DNA of 64,000 nt from a virus. Lineage: Duplodnaviria > Caudoviricetes. The stretch covers positions 1-64,000 of IMG/VR virus record IMGVR_UViG_3300001598_002233. One strand, given 5' to 3'. The notes beneath the pieces were generated by a model. The model ran no database searches and was not told the origin of the DNA. It saw only the letters and a list, made by a program, of their open reading frames with translations. Shown piece after piece: positions 8,786 through 18,698 of this stretch (position 1 is its first letter; every line of letters starts with the position of its first letter). The position numbers and the translations under genes were made by a program.

Positions 8786-11700
8786 ATGCCAGAAGAACAC
8801 GGAAGGTTTGTATATGTAGAACCCAATGATATGGAGAACAGAGGAATAAGCAACATAATGCAGTTTTCCCCTGAGGATTATTGTATATCAGTAGGGTTAG
8901 AGATTGAAGTAATGGATAGATATGCTTATGGCTCGTCCAATGGGGCATATAAAATGCAATTTAGTTCAGATAATGGCTCTGTTTCTTTCTTCGGGGGAAA
9001 AGGCGGTGATAATGAAAAACAAGGGTTTTTGTCAACAGATTTCACCAATGTTAGTGCAAACGATGCGAGAAAAGAAGGGATAAGAGAGTGTTTGGGGGTT
9101 GATTCTATACAGATAACTTATAATTCATGGATGTACCCTGAAGTTACGGTGGTATTCACTGATGTTCGAGGCAGTGCCCTTTTTATGCCACAGGATAAGG
9201 GACTTAAGATAAAAACAAATACCGAAACAGGAGAAAAAGAGGCTGTAATGGATGGGGGCTCGTTCTTTAAGTCGTTATTCACATTTCCATATCCGTTATT
9301 CAAACTTTCAGTTAAAGGTTTTTATGGAATGGAAGTAACATATAAATTAACAGTGTCTAAATTTACTTCTGAATTTGATTGTGAACGAGGTTTCTTTACG
9401 GCAACTGTTAATTTTATAGGATATATGTATGGAGTATATACAGATACGCCTATGTCATTTTTATCAATTGCACCCTATATAGACAATAAAGCATATTGGA
9501 ATGAACAGGTCAGTGCAGGAAAATTTATGTTTGAAAGTTGTGTTGATAGTGATACAGTTTCGAAGCACCCAATGATGACAATTCCAGAATTCAGGGCATT
9601 AGTATCACAAGCGTCAGCAAAGGCTCAAAAAGCAAGTATGCAGAGTTCAGTGGGCATATTGTACACAACGGCTAATGAGAAAAAGTCTAAATTAGAATCA
9701 TTTAAAGCCAGATTCCCAATTACAGAGGGATTAGGTGGAACTTGGGGAAAAAAGGGAAATTTATACATTAGTAAATATTATGGTGGCGAAGCCATTTTAA
9801 ACAGTACATTAGGAAATGCTTTTTCCAATTTCATAACCGATGTATCTGCTTTTGAAACTGCTTATACGATGAATATCAGCAGTTCTCTAAACAACATATC
9901 GAAACAATTAGTATATGATGAGAAAACTAAGAATTATTGTATGTTTCCTCTGTACAAATTTGTTAAGACTGATGATAATATAGAGGTATATGAATTGAAG
10001 TATAATACTACCAAAAAGGAATTTCAGACAAATTATAGTTTAGGAGGCGACGCTGCCAAAAATAAGATAGAAGAGTGTGAAATAAAAATAGAGGATTTCA
10101 CTAATGAAAGGGACACTATATTTGCTTATTATTTTATAAGTAATTTCGATGATGTGGTAACAAAGCAAATAGAGGTTTTATCAAAAGAATCTAAGACATT
10201 CGAAGACAATTTGCATAGTGAGCAGATGAATCTTATTAGAAACTTATTACAATTTGATTTGTCGATTGAGAATGTTTTTAGATTAATATTCGCACATTAT
10301 GAGACATTTATTCATCATTATTATCTATGTCTTGACAATATAAGGGAAGAAGGAAGTAGTAGAAATAAAGAAAATTTTGAAGGATATGACAAAACTGATG
10401 TACCAAAGGAAAGATTAGAGAAGGCACCTTTTCCTCCTTTTACTGCATTTTATAAAAAAGATGAAAATGGAGTGGGGGAAAGACAACTAACCTTTCCTGT
10501 GTATAAATTAGGGGAAGGGGGGAGAACGACAGAAGAAAAATTTATTGAAAGTCTTCTTGCTGCTTCAGAAATGTATTTAAAGGCTGATACGGAAAATCAG
10601 AAAGAAACTGATAAGGTTTTTGAAATGCTAAAAACAGGTGATGAAGGACAGCCTGATATAAGCACATTTGTTCCATTAACATTGAATGACTATATTCAGA
10701 GAGACAAGGGCTATAATCCCTATTCAGAGGTATTTTCAATAAATGATAATGATAGGTGTGCAGAACTTCTTATTTCTATATTTTATTTACGAGCATATTA
10801 TTTCCTTTACATGTTTGATGGTAAAAACACAGGTTCAGGCGGATATTTTTTAGATAATGGGGTTTTAAACAAGTTTGTAAAGTTAGAAGCAGATAATTTT
10901 TATTTGGCAAATCCCCAATTTAGTAAGACATTTAAAAAGGCGATAAAGGGGTTAAAAAGAGATGATGGGTATGATTGTGTCACAAAGAAAAACGGGTCAA
11001 AAATATGGGAAATTTCTACCGATTGCAATCCATTAATTGAAGAAAAGGATAATGAAAGTAGTTGGGAACATGTTATTTCCAGATGGATAAATTTGGGAGA
11101 TGGCAAAACAGCATTCCCAGTAGGAAACTTTAATATAAACACAATAATGTCAGATAAGGAAATGGGCGAAATATCTGGCAGTGATAATTATATTATTTTT
11201 AAAGGTGACAAAATTGTAAACGAGAATGGCTTTTTCGTGAACACAAATGCTTCTTTTTTTGATAATATTATCAGTGGTGTAAATGAAGGTAGTTTTAAAA
11301 AGATGTTTAACGCAACTATTGCACCCAATTTCATAAGTGATGAAATTTTTAAGAAGGCATACTGCTTGCTATATGGCGAAAACAATCGTTTGGTAAACAA
11401 TATTTTTTATGGCTTAAATGATAAGCAAGTGTGGGAAGCAAAAGATATTACCGATATAAGTAATCGCAATATGATTGGGTGCGGAACTTTAAATAGTGGG
11501 AAACAACTTGTATCTTTTAATAGTATTTACAACGGAAAATATGATGAAAGTTATAGTGTTTTTTCTTCTCCTGCATATAAAAAACAAGGTAATATTTTGG
11601 CAAAGGCGTATTTGTTCTTATTTGCAACTCCGATAAGTGATGATTATATGAGGGAAGTTGTAAGCCATAACAACTGCGTTGTTTTAAATTCAGCGTTATT

Positions 11701-13717
11701 AAGGGAAGGGGCCTACTATTATTTTTCAGGCTCATCCATAGCAGAAGTCATAGTGCTTGAAGACGGGACAAAAGAATGGAAATATGAAGAGGGTGAAATT
11801 CCTATTATAGAGAAGAATAAAACCCTATGTTTCTTAAAGGAAGATAGTAAGACAAATTACCTTAAATGGGATTACGCTGAAACATCCAACGGAAGGAAAA
11901 CTGCATTAATAAAATATTTTAAGGAGTGGGCAAATAGTAAGTTTAATGCAATAGATATGTATTGGCGAGATAAAAATATTGGAGGTTTTGATAAAGCATT
12001 ATTTGAGTTCTACACTGAAAAAGTTACAATTTTAGATTATTGTAATTCAATTAGGCGAGATATTACTAACGACTACTACTTAGGAAAAATAGGTGGCTTA
12101 TGTGCTGATTTTATAAAAAAAATTAAGTATAAATGTGATGCTATTAAAGACGAGAATATAAATAACACGCCAGTGGCTTTAGATATGCCATCAAGTAGTA
12201 AAGATTTAAAATTATCATTATATATGAACCTTAAAAATCTTTATGACAAGTGGTTTTGTTCTCGTGATAGGGAAACTTGGTATCTAAATAATGAAGATGG
12301 CGATTTTCAGAATTTTGAATACATAGATTCATTTTACAATAAGATAGGAAAAAGGTTTATGGTGAATGGTAGTCATGTAAATGAAATATTGGCTTCCATA
12401 GTTCCAAGTATTCAGTCGATTAGTGCTAATACACTAACAACATACAATCAGATGTCTTTTTATGAATTTATGAACGAAGTGTGCCAAAAGAACAATATGG
12501 TATTTATGGCATTACCTCAAAAATTCGGAAATGGAGACACAATCACAACGAGCCAAATGAAAAACGCATTCACCCCGTGGCCGTATTCTGCTCTCCAAAA
12601 GGGACCTAATAGTAAGAAAGTAAAGAATAGTTATGTTTGCATTTATGCATACAGACCTTCAGATACATTAAATATAGCAGATGAAGATGGCGATTATGCA
12701 TATGCTGATGATAGTTTCTTAATTACAAATGATAGTTCCCTCCCTGTTTCTATAAGTAATATGGATGGGGAACGAATACCTGCATTTGGTGTATCTTTCG
12801 CAAGGCAAGACCAAAGTATGTTTAAGAGAGTATCACTCAATATGGAGGATAGACAAGAAACAGATGTTTCAATTGCAACAACAATAGGTATTTCACAACA
12901 AGGAACAATGGAGCCACGAGAAACAACAATGTATGGACAAGACATATATAGGGTCTATGCGGGATATTCATATTCTTGTCAAGTGGAAATGATGGGAAAT
13001 GCACAGATAATGCCATTAATGTATTTCCAACTTAATAATATTCCAATGTGGAAGGGTGCTTATATGATTACAAAGGTAGAACATAGTGTTAGAGCCAATT
13101 CTATGGTGACGACATTTACAGGTGTTAGACAGAGTAAGTTTGCAACGCCATTAGCCAATGGAGAATTATATTTCACAGATTCGGAAGGAAATGTGTATAC
13201 TACAAGCAACAGATTATCAGAAGGAATACCATTTTCTCCAAAAACTCTAACAGTTAATGTTAGGGTAGTAAGAGAAATATTTTTAGAAGATAGAACAATA
13301 GGCAAAATGTATATTGATGGTAAATATGTATGTGATACTTTGGAAAATAAGGATAGAGGGCTTACAAGTTCAATGGAGAAATTCGAGGTTAAAAGTAAAA
13401 AAGTAGACAAGGAAACCGCAATACCATACGGAAAATATAATTTAACATCAAGCATATTTTCGCAAAAGTTTGGAAAGAGAGAGTTTTATATTTTTACTGG
13501 TGGATATTTGCCAAGGGTTATGAATGTTACAGGTTTTGATGGGATTTTGATTCATGTGGGCACAAAACCAGAAGACACAGATGGGTGTATTTTAGTTGGG
13601 CAATATAATAGTGATTCCAATACCTTACAAAATTCAAGAAAGACTTTTATTGATATTTATGACATATTAGGCAAATGTAAGGATGATTCAACGATTACAA
13701 TAGAGAAAAAAATTTAG
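8786..13717 (+). CDS. Baseplate hub (gp27/VgrG-like) protein with C-terminal DUF5675 (L,D-transpeptidase-like) domain, 1643 aa
   Basis: YSCQVEMMGNAQIMPLMYFQLNNIPMWKGAYMITKVEHSV hub-type motif; C-terminus TIGKMYIDGKYVCDTLE...TAIPYGKY...ILIHVG...DTDGCILVG. Confidence 0.7.
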   Translation: MPEEHGRFVYVEPNDMENRGISNIMQFSPEDYCISVGLEIEVMDRYAYGSSNGAYKMQFSSDNGSVSFFGGKGGDNEKQGFLSTDFTNVSANDARKEGIRECLGVDSIQITYNSWMYPEVTVVFTDVRGSALFMPQDKGLKIKTNTETGEKEAVMDGGSFFKSLFTFPYPLFKLSVKGFYGMEVTYKLTVSKFTSEFDCERGFFTATVNFIGYMYGVYTDTPMSFLSIAPYIDNKAYWNEQVSAGKFMFESCVDSDTVSKHPMMTIPEFRALVSQASAKAQKASMQSSVGILYTTANEKKSKLESFKARFPITEGLGGTWGKKGNLYISKYYGGEAILNSTLGNAFSNFITDVSAFETAYTMNISSSLNNISKQLVYDEKTKNYCMFPLYKFVKTDDNIEVYELKYNTTKKEFQTNYSLGGDAAKNKIEECEIKIEDFTNERDTIFAYYFISNFDDVVTKQIEVLSKESKTFEDNLHSEQMNLIRNLLQFDLSIENVFRLIFAHYETFIHHYYLCLDNIREEGSSRNKENFEGYDKTDVPKERLEKAPFPPFTAFYKKDENGVGERQLTFPVYKLGEGGRTTEEKFIESLLAASEMYLKADTENQKETDKVFEMLKTGDEGQPDISTFVPLTLNDYIQRDKGYNPYSEVFSINDNDRCAELLISIFYLRAYYFLYMFDGKNTGSGGYFLDNGVLNKFVKLEADNFYLANPQFSKTFKKAIKGLKRDDGYDCVTKKNGSKIWEISTDCNPLIEEKDNESSWEHVISRWINLGDGKTAFPVGNFNINTIMSDKEMGEISGSDNYIIFKGDKIVNENGFFVNTNASFFDNIISGVNEGSFKKMFNATIAPNFISDEIFKKAYCLLYGENNRLVNNIFYGLNDKQVWEAKDITDISNRNMIGCGTLNSGKQLVSFNSIYNGKYDESYSVFSSPAYKKQGNILAKAYLFLFATPISDDYMREVVSHNNCVVLNSALLREGAYYYFSGSSIAEVIVLEDGTKEWKYEEGEIPIIEKNKTLCFLKEDSKTNYLKWDYAETSNGRKTALIKYFKEWANSKFNAIDMYWRDKNIGGFDKALFEFYTEKVTILDYCNSIRRDITNDYYLGKIGGLCADFIKKIKYKCDAIKDENINNTPVALDMPSSSKDLKLSLYMNLKNLYDKWFCSRDRETWYLNNEDGDFQNFEYIDSFYNKIGKRFMVNGSHVNEILASIVPSIQSISANTLTTYNQMSFYEFMNEVCQKNNMVFMALPQKFGNGDTITTSQMKNAFTPWPYSALQKGPNSKKVKNSYVCIYAYRPSDTLNIADEDGDYAYADDSFLITNDSSLPVSISNMDGERIPAFGVSFARQDQSMFKRVSLNMEDRQETDVSIATTIGISQQGTMEPRETTMYGQDIYRVYAGYSYSCQVEMMGNAQIMPLMYFQLNNIPMWKGAYMITKVEHSVRANSMVTTFTGVRQSKFATPLANGELYFTDSEGNVYTTSNRLSEGIPFSPKTLTVNVRVVREIFLEDRTIGKMYIDGKYVCDTLENKDRGLTSSMEKFEVKSKKVDKETAIPYGKYNLTSSIFSQKFGKREFYIFTGGYLPRVMNVTGFDGILIHVGTKPEDTDGCILVGQYNSDSNTLQNSRKTFIDIYDILGKCKDDSTITIEKKI

Positions 13718-13741
13718 ATTTGTCTTTAATAATATTTTTTG

Positions 13742-13747
13742 TATATT
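13742..13747 (+). promoter_or_regulatory. (T/G)TATATT motif preceded by T-run (candidate early/middle promoter)
   Basis: Recurs at 15557, 18674, 20004, 59886 (+) and 59899-59906, 62436-62443 (-) upstream of non-virion genes. Confidence 0.45.
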
Positions 13748-13753
13748 AGCGTT

Positions 13754-14341
13754 ATGCAATATATAGGAAATATAGTAACAAAGACCATTTTTGAAGATAA
13801 GGGGTATTATAATGTAGTTAGTGATATTAAAGACATTATAACGGACATTCCTACACTAATAATAGGTTGGGGATTAACGAAATCGTTTTTCCCCAACGCT
13901 AATATTTTAGAGCACAGAATAAATAGCAATATTTACTGGACATTCGGAAAACGTGAAAAAAGAGACAAAATGGAGGTAGATATTGTGAAATTTAAGACAA
14001 TTTCGATTGAATTTTTGTGTAAATCCATACCATATTCTTTTTTTAATGCTCTAACAAAAACAAAGGAGGAAAAGACAGATTTCTTTAATAGTGTTTCAGA
14101 TAAGGAAGAAAAATCTTGCTTTTTCTACAATGATATGGCTTATATATATTATAAAAATAAGAGAGAAATTATAGGTACATCAATTCGTGATATTGTATAT
14201 GAAAACGGAAATGCTGATAAATTCCTTAGTTTTTTGAAAAACACGGCATCAGTAAGTATAGTAGATAAAAACAGTGATACACAAAACATTAATTTTTTAC
14301 TAAAAAACAATATATATCTAATGTCTTACATCTTGTCTTGA
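13754..14341 (+). CDS. Hypothetical protein, 195 aa
   Basis: Open frame filling the gap between hub and next gene; ATG at 13754 preferred. Confidence 0.7.
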   Translation: MQYIGNIVTKTIFEDKGYYNVVSDIKDIITDIPTLIIGWGLTKSFFPNANILEHRINSNIYWTFGKREKRDKMEVDIVKFKTISIEFLCKSIPYSFFNALTKTKEEKTDFFNSVSDKEEKSCFFYNDMAYIYYKNKREIIGTSIRDIVYENGNADKFLSFLKNTASVSIVDKNSDTQNINFLLKNNIYLMSYILS

Positions 14342-14385
14342 TATTTTTTGTAAAATCAAACTATTTATTATAAAAAAGCATAGTT

Positions 14386-14679
14386 ATGGCAGTAAAACAA
14401 ATAATTAAAAGAATTAGAAGAGAGGATTTTTATCGTCCTGGCTTTGAAAGTGAGGTAATTGCTGCACCTATAGAGGAGGCTATGCCTTCACAGAAGAAAA
14501 ATAAAAGCAAAAAAAATGATGAAGATATGACTAACGAGGAAATTAAGGCTGCTGAAGCACTAGCACAGAATTTCGCACCTGAGGTAAAGGTTGTTAAGAA
14601 AGACCGTGGACTTATTGAAAGAACTGAGTCGTCTAAAATAGTTCTTACCGAAGATAATAGACAAGTACTTTCTGACTAA
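14386..14679 (+). CDS. Hypothetical protein, 97 aa
   Basis: ORF preceded by CTATTTAT motif (14361-14368); coupled to next gene. Confidence 0.75.
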   Translation: MAVKQIIKRIRREDFYRPGFESEVIAAPIEEAMPSQKKNKSKKNDEDMTNEEIKAAEALAQNFAPEVKVVKKDRGLIERTESSKIVLTEDNRQVLSD

Positions 14680-14681
14680 TT

Positions 14682-15500
14682 ATGGACAAGAAATATCTCG
14701 AAAGATATAATCTCCTTGAAGCAAGAGAAAAATATCAAAGAATACTTGAGTATATCAGCCCTAATTCTTTTGTAGAAGAAGAGGGGGATGAAGAGCAGTC
14801 TGCAGACCCTTCTATGGGTGGAGGAATGCCCCCTATGGGCGGTGGCCCTAACGCGATGGGAGGAGACCCCAGTATGGGAGGAGGAATGTCCCCTATGGGT
14901 GGTGTAGACCCTAATGCAACGGGTGCAGACCCCAGTATGGGAGGAGGCCCCAATGCAATGGGAGACCCTTCTATGGATGGGCAAGGACAAACGCCAGAGG
15001 GTTTGGCTCCACAGGGAGGAGAAATGGAACAACTCGGTGCAACAGCAGATACAGACCCCAATGCGGGCGTTGGAGACGATGAAGAAGTTATAGATGTTGA
15101 CGACCTCACAAATTCACAGGAAGCGACAGAGGAAAAAATTGACAGACTCTCAGATAAATTTGAAAAACTTATGGGAATGCTTGATAGTTTTGAATCAAGG
15201 ATTGACGCAAGTAATGAGAGGATGGAAAGTTTAAGAAGTGAAATTGAAAAAAGAAATCCTTCACCTGTTGAAAAAATGTCGTTAAGGTCAACAAAGTCTT
15301 CTCCTTACGGAGAAACACCAGAAGAGTGGTGGGCAAATAATGCACCAGAAAATTATAGTCCTGAGGATGATAATAACGGGGCACATGACCCACAGTATCA
15401 GATTACAAAATCAGATATTGATAATATCAGCGATTGGGGTAATATAGCAAAGTCAATGAATGACGATAATTTATCCATAAAGGATATGTTCGATTTTTAA
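14682..15500 (+). CDS. Acidic protein with Gly/Met/Pro low-complexity repeats and coiled coil (possible head scaffold/internal protein)
   Basis: DPSMGGG repeats, acidic linker, coiled-coil segment QEATEEKIDRLSDKFEKLMGMLDSFESRIDASNERMESLRSEIEKR. Confidence 0.6.
   Translation: MDKKYLERYNLLEAREKYQRILEYISPNSFVEEEGDEEQSADPSMGGGMPPMGGGPNAMGGDPSMGGGMSPMGGVDPNATGADPSMGGGPNAMGDPSMDGQGQTPEGLAPQGGEMEQLGATADTDPNAGVGDDEEVIDVDDLTNSQEATEEKIDRLSDKFEKLMGMLDSFESRIDASNERMESLRSEIEKRNPSPVEKMSLRSTKSSPYGETPEEWWANNAPENYSPEDDNNGAHDPQYQITKSDIDNISDWGNIAKSMNDDNLSIKDMFDF
14805..14980 (+). repeat. Imperfect coding tandem repeat (DPSMGGG units)
   Basis: Four gacccttctatgg/gaccccagtatgg units in a locally GC-rich patch. 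Confidence 0.85.
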
Positions 15501-15540
15501 ACAAAATACGGCTAAAAATCTAGCCGTATTTTGTTTGTTT
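15499..15540 (+). terminator. Intrinsic terminator
   Basis: 16-bp perfect stem aaacaaaatacggcta-aaaatc-tagccgtattttgttt. Confidence 0.85.
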
Positions 15541-15564
15541 TGAAAAACTTTTTTTGTATATTTG
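15534..15564 (+). promoter_or_regulatory. Bacteroidota-type promoter (TTTG ...19 nt... TAnnTTTG)
   Basis: TTTG at 15534-15537 and TATATTTG at 15557-15564 match the Bacteroidetes -33/-7 consensus. Confidence 0.65.
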
Positions 15565-15638
15565 TTTTGAGCATTCAATTGGAAATGCTTATTTAATATT
15601 TAATTTTGAAAAGCCCGTAGGGAAGCGGGTAAAGGCGT

Positions 15639-15707
15639 GGAGGGAAGAGGTTACGAACCCGATGAATCGCTGAGGTAGAAAGTTGGTATCAACAAGTATA
15701 TCATTCC
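15639..15707 (+). repeat. Copy 2 of 69-nt intergenic repeat / candidate structured RNA in leader of SSB gene
   Basis: 67/69 identical to 1-69; contains hairpins ggtt-acg-aacc and gttg-gtat-caac. Confidence 0.9.
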
Positions 15708-15742
15708 TTTTAATAATAATTTATGTAAAAATTTAGTTTAAA

Positions 15743-16741
15743 ATGGGAAATTTAGTAAATTTGCCAAACATTACTCCAGAGTCTCTTGTTGAAGAGGAGT
15801 CTAAACAAAATTCAACACCGCAGAACAGTAAGTTCAGCACACAAAATTATCTTAACACAAGAATTGAGGAAGGACAGACAAAGAAAACTGTCACCATTAG
15901 GCTTCTTCCTATGGACCTCAAGACAGGCAATCCTTTTGTAAAGGTGCATATGCACAATGTTAAAGTTCCAAAGGAATTAGTAGCAGACGGTGCGAAGCCC
16001 TTCAAGTCTTACCTCTGCCTTTCAAAGAATGCAGACATTGACCATGAGAGATTTGGTCATAAGTGCCCTTTCTGTGAAATTAATAAGAACGCCTACGATA
16101 ACTCAACTAAGGCAACCGACCCTCTTGAAAAGAAGAATTGGCAGGAAATTTCTCTTGCAAATCTCAGTAATGAGGCTGTAATTGTGCGTTGCATAGAGCG
16201 TGGAAAGGAAAATGAAGGCGTTAAGTTCTGGAAGTTCAATCTCCGTAATGACCAAAAGGACCCTTATCATGCAATTATTGACCTATTCAATCAGAGAAAG
16301 AGTGAGGCAGAAGCGCAGGGTCGTTCAGAAAATATCCTCGACATCTATAATGGATATGACCTTACAATCACATTTACACAGGGACAGCCAGTACCTCCTC
16401 CAACAGTAACAGATGCTAAGTATCCTTCGCCGCTTTCAAATGACGAGGAACAGATGAAGGCATGGATTTATGATGAAAAGAGGTGGCAGGATGTGTTTAC
16501 TCCTAAGGATTATAATTACCTTTCACTTGTTTCACAGATGAGAGTTCCTTGGTTTGATAAGGCAAACAACGTTTGGGTTGATAAGGAAGAGTGGGAAAAG
16601 ACTCACAAGAAGGATACAACCGAGGCTGATAAGAAAATTGAAGAAGCAAAGGAACAAATTTCACAATCTGCAAATAATAAAGAAGAGAAACTTACTGTTG
16701 AATTTATTGATGAGACAGCAAATGACGACCTTCCGTTCTAA
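15743..16741 (+). CDS. Single-stranded DNA-binding protein, T4 gp32-like
   Basis: IRLLP, HMH...CL...HKCPFCE zinc motif, GVKFWKF, GYDLTIT, acidic C-terminal tail ending DDLPF. Confidence 0.85.
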   Translation: MGNLVNLPNITPESLVEEESKQNSTPQNSKFSTQNYLNTRIEEGQTKKTVTIRLLPMDLKTGNPFVKVHMHNVKVPKELVADGAKPFKSYLCLSKNADIDHERFGHKCPFCEINKNAYDNSTKATDPLEKKNWQEISLANLSNEAVIVRCIERGKENEGVKFWKFNLRNDQKDPYHAIIDLFNQRKSEAEAQGRSENILDIYNGYDLTITFTQGQPVPPPTVTDAKYPSPLSNDEEQMKAWIYDEKRWQDVFTPKDYNYLSLVSQMRVPWFDKANNVWVDKEEWEKTHKKDTTEADKKIEEAKEQISQSANNKEEKLTVEFIDETANDDLPF

Positions 16742-16750
16742 TATATGAAT

Positions 16751-16779
16751 GGCACCTTGAAATATAGGTGCCTTCTATT
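16751..16779 (+). terminator. Probable terminator
   Basis: ggcacct-tgaaatat-aggtgcc hairpin after SSB stop. Confidence 0.6.
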
Positions 16780-16787
16780 AGGTTTTT

Positions 16788-17417
16788 ATGAGTAAGGGAA
16801 AAATTTTATTTAAGTACGGATGTATGGGCGCTGGAAAAAGCCTATTACTTTTATCAACAGCATTCAATTTCCAAGAACATTCTATACCTTTCATTATACT
16901 TAAAAGTTCTATTGACACACGAGACGGAAAAGATGTTATTCATAGTAGGGCTCTTGGCGATAGAGAGTGTGTAAGCGTTTCTCCAACAGACAATATTTTT
17001 ACAATTGTTTCGACATTTAAATCAATGTCAGATGCATCTTGTACAGAATTCGTTAAATGGATATTGGTGGATGAAGCACAGTTTCTTACAGAAGAACAGG
17101 TTGACCAACTTGCAGCAGTGGCTGATAGATATCAACTTAATGTTATCTGTTATGGTTTAAGAACAGACTTTAAAACACATCTATTTCCAGGCTCAAAAAG
17201 ACTATTTGAAATAGCAGATTCAATTGAAGAAATAAAGTCAAGTTGCTTTTGTGGTTGCAAAACAATGTTCAATGCAAGGGTAAATAATGGAGAAATTGTT
17301 ACAGACGGAAATCAGGTTGAAGTTGGGGGTGATGATAGGTATGTTTCACTTTGTAGAAAGTGCTATTACGAAAAGACGGGGCATCCACTTTACAAAAAAG
17401 ATAATTACGAAGAATAA
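16788..17417 (+). CDS. tdk: Thymidine kinase (type II)
   Basis: GCMGAGKS P-loop, DEAQFL, YGLRTDF, CFCG...CRKCY lasso zinc site. Confidence 0.95.
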   Translation: MSKGKILFKYGCMGAGKSLLLLSTAFNFQEHSIPFIILKSSIDTRDGKDVIHSRALGDRECVSVSPTDNIFTIVSTFKSMSDASCTEFVKWILVDEAQFLTEEQVDQLAAVADRYQLNVICYGLRTDFKTHLFPGSKRLFEIADSIEEIKSSCFCGCKTMFNARVNNGEIVTDGNQVEVGGDDRYVSLCRKCYYEKTGHPLYKKDNYEE

Positions 17418-17441
17418 TATGAGATAATTTTTAAAAAATTT

Positions 17442-18629
17442 ATGGGACAACCATTAAAGAAGAAAGAAGTAAAGAAAACTTCTTTGTCAGATATTAAGGC
17501 TAAGATGGGACTTATGCCAACAAAGGATTCAAGCAATGCTGATAAGGTGATGGAGTGGCTTGATATGCCACAAGCATATAAGGACGCATTGAAACTTCCA
17601 GGAATACCTATGGGATATATTACTACAATAGTAGGACACTCAAATACGGGTAAATCAACATTGGTAAATCACGCTGTGGTAGCAGCACAGAGACAGGGAC
17701 TTATTCCTGTAATTTATGATACTGAGAATAACTTTGATTTCAAGTATGCTATGGATATGGGAATGAAAGCCAATCCAATTGAAGGTGATATTGAAGTTGA
17801 GACAGTTAATGCTGAAACTGGGGAAGTTGAAATTCGCACAGAAAAGGGTACAGTTGCCTATGACGGCGAGTTCTTCTATTTTAACAATGCAATGCTTGCG
17901 GAAAGATACGGAAAACACGACTATGCAACAGGAAAAGATGTTGCAAAGGGAAGAACAGTGGCTGTTATCGAAGATATTGCTTATAGCATTAACGAATTTC
18001 TTGATTTACAGGATAGTGGAGAATTTCCTTTTGGCTTCGTGTTTATTTGGGACTCAGTAGGTTCAATATCTTCATTTAAGAGTTTTAATTCAAAAGCCAA
18101 TAACGCAATGTGGGATGCGGCGGCAATCAGCGTTGCTTTCAATACAATAGTAAATGACCGTATTCCTCGTTCAAGGAAGGTTTCTGCGAAGTATTCAAAT
18201 ACTATGATACTTGTAAATAAGGTGTGGCTTGATTCTATGACAAATCCTGTTGGCCCTCCTAGTCTTCAGTTAAAGGGTGGTAATTCAATCTTTTATGCAG
18301 CAAGACTTATTATTTTGCTCGGAGGACAGTTAAAGGCATCGGTAAAGAAACTGACAGCAATCGCAAAGGGGTTGAGTTATAATTATGGAATTCAGACCAA
18401 AGTAAAGGTTCTTAAGAATCAGTTGCCTAATCCATATACGGTTACTTATGAGGGGGAAGTTATTTGTACACCCCACGGAATGATTGGGACAGAAAAGGAA
18501 ATTGTTGATGCTTATAGAAAAGAACATATGGGCGATATTCTAAAGCAACTTAATGAACTTGGAGATGGGAAGGTATCTGAAAAAGACGAGATTACATATA
18601 CCTCAGAAGAGGAAGAAGTGATTGGTTAA
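17442..18629 (+). CDS. recA: RecA/UvsX-like recombinase
   Basis: GHSNTGKST Walker A, YDTENNFD, FIWDSVGS Walker B, GGNSIFYAARL. Confidence 0.85.
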   Translation: MGQPLKKKEVKKTSLSDIKAKMGLMPTKDSSNADKVMEWLDMPQAYKDALKLPGIPMGYITTIVGHSNTGKSTLVNHAVVAAQRQGLIPVIYDTENNFDFKYAMDMGMKANPIEGDIEVETVNAETGEVEIRTEKGTVAYDGEFFYFNNAMLAERYGKHDYATGKDVAKGRTVAVIEDIAYSINEFLDLQDSGEFPFGFVFIWDSVGSISSFKSFNSKANNAMWDAAAISVAFNTIVNDRIPRSRKVSAKYSNTMILVNKVWLDSMTNPVGPPSLQLKGGNSIFYAARLIILLGGQLKASVKKLTAIAKGLSYNYGIQTKVKVLKNQLPNPYTVTYEGEVICTPHGMIGTEKEIVDAYRKEHMGDILKQLNELGDGKVSEKDEITYTSEEEEVIG

Positions 18630-18637
18630 ACATCATT

Positions 18638-18670
18638 AAGGCGAAGGGACTTGTTTCTTTCGCCTTTTTT
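18638..18670 (+). terminator. Intrinsic terminator
   Basis: aaggcgaagg-gacttgttt-ctttcgcctt plus T-run. Confidence 0.8.
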
Positions 18671-18698
18671 ACGTATATTAGTGTAAAATATTGTGAAA

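Noticed and set aside
14676-15109. Two minus-strand ORFs (118 and 124 aa)
   Set aside because: Shadows of the GC-rich DPSMGGG repeat
15655-15700. Hammerhead-ribozyme-like look of the repeat (CCGAUGA...GAAA-stem)
   Set aside because: Core is CCGAUGA not CUGANGA, an extra A precedes GAAA, no UH cleavage triplet follows stem III, and no stem I can form
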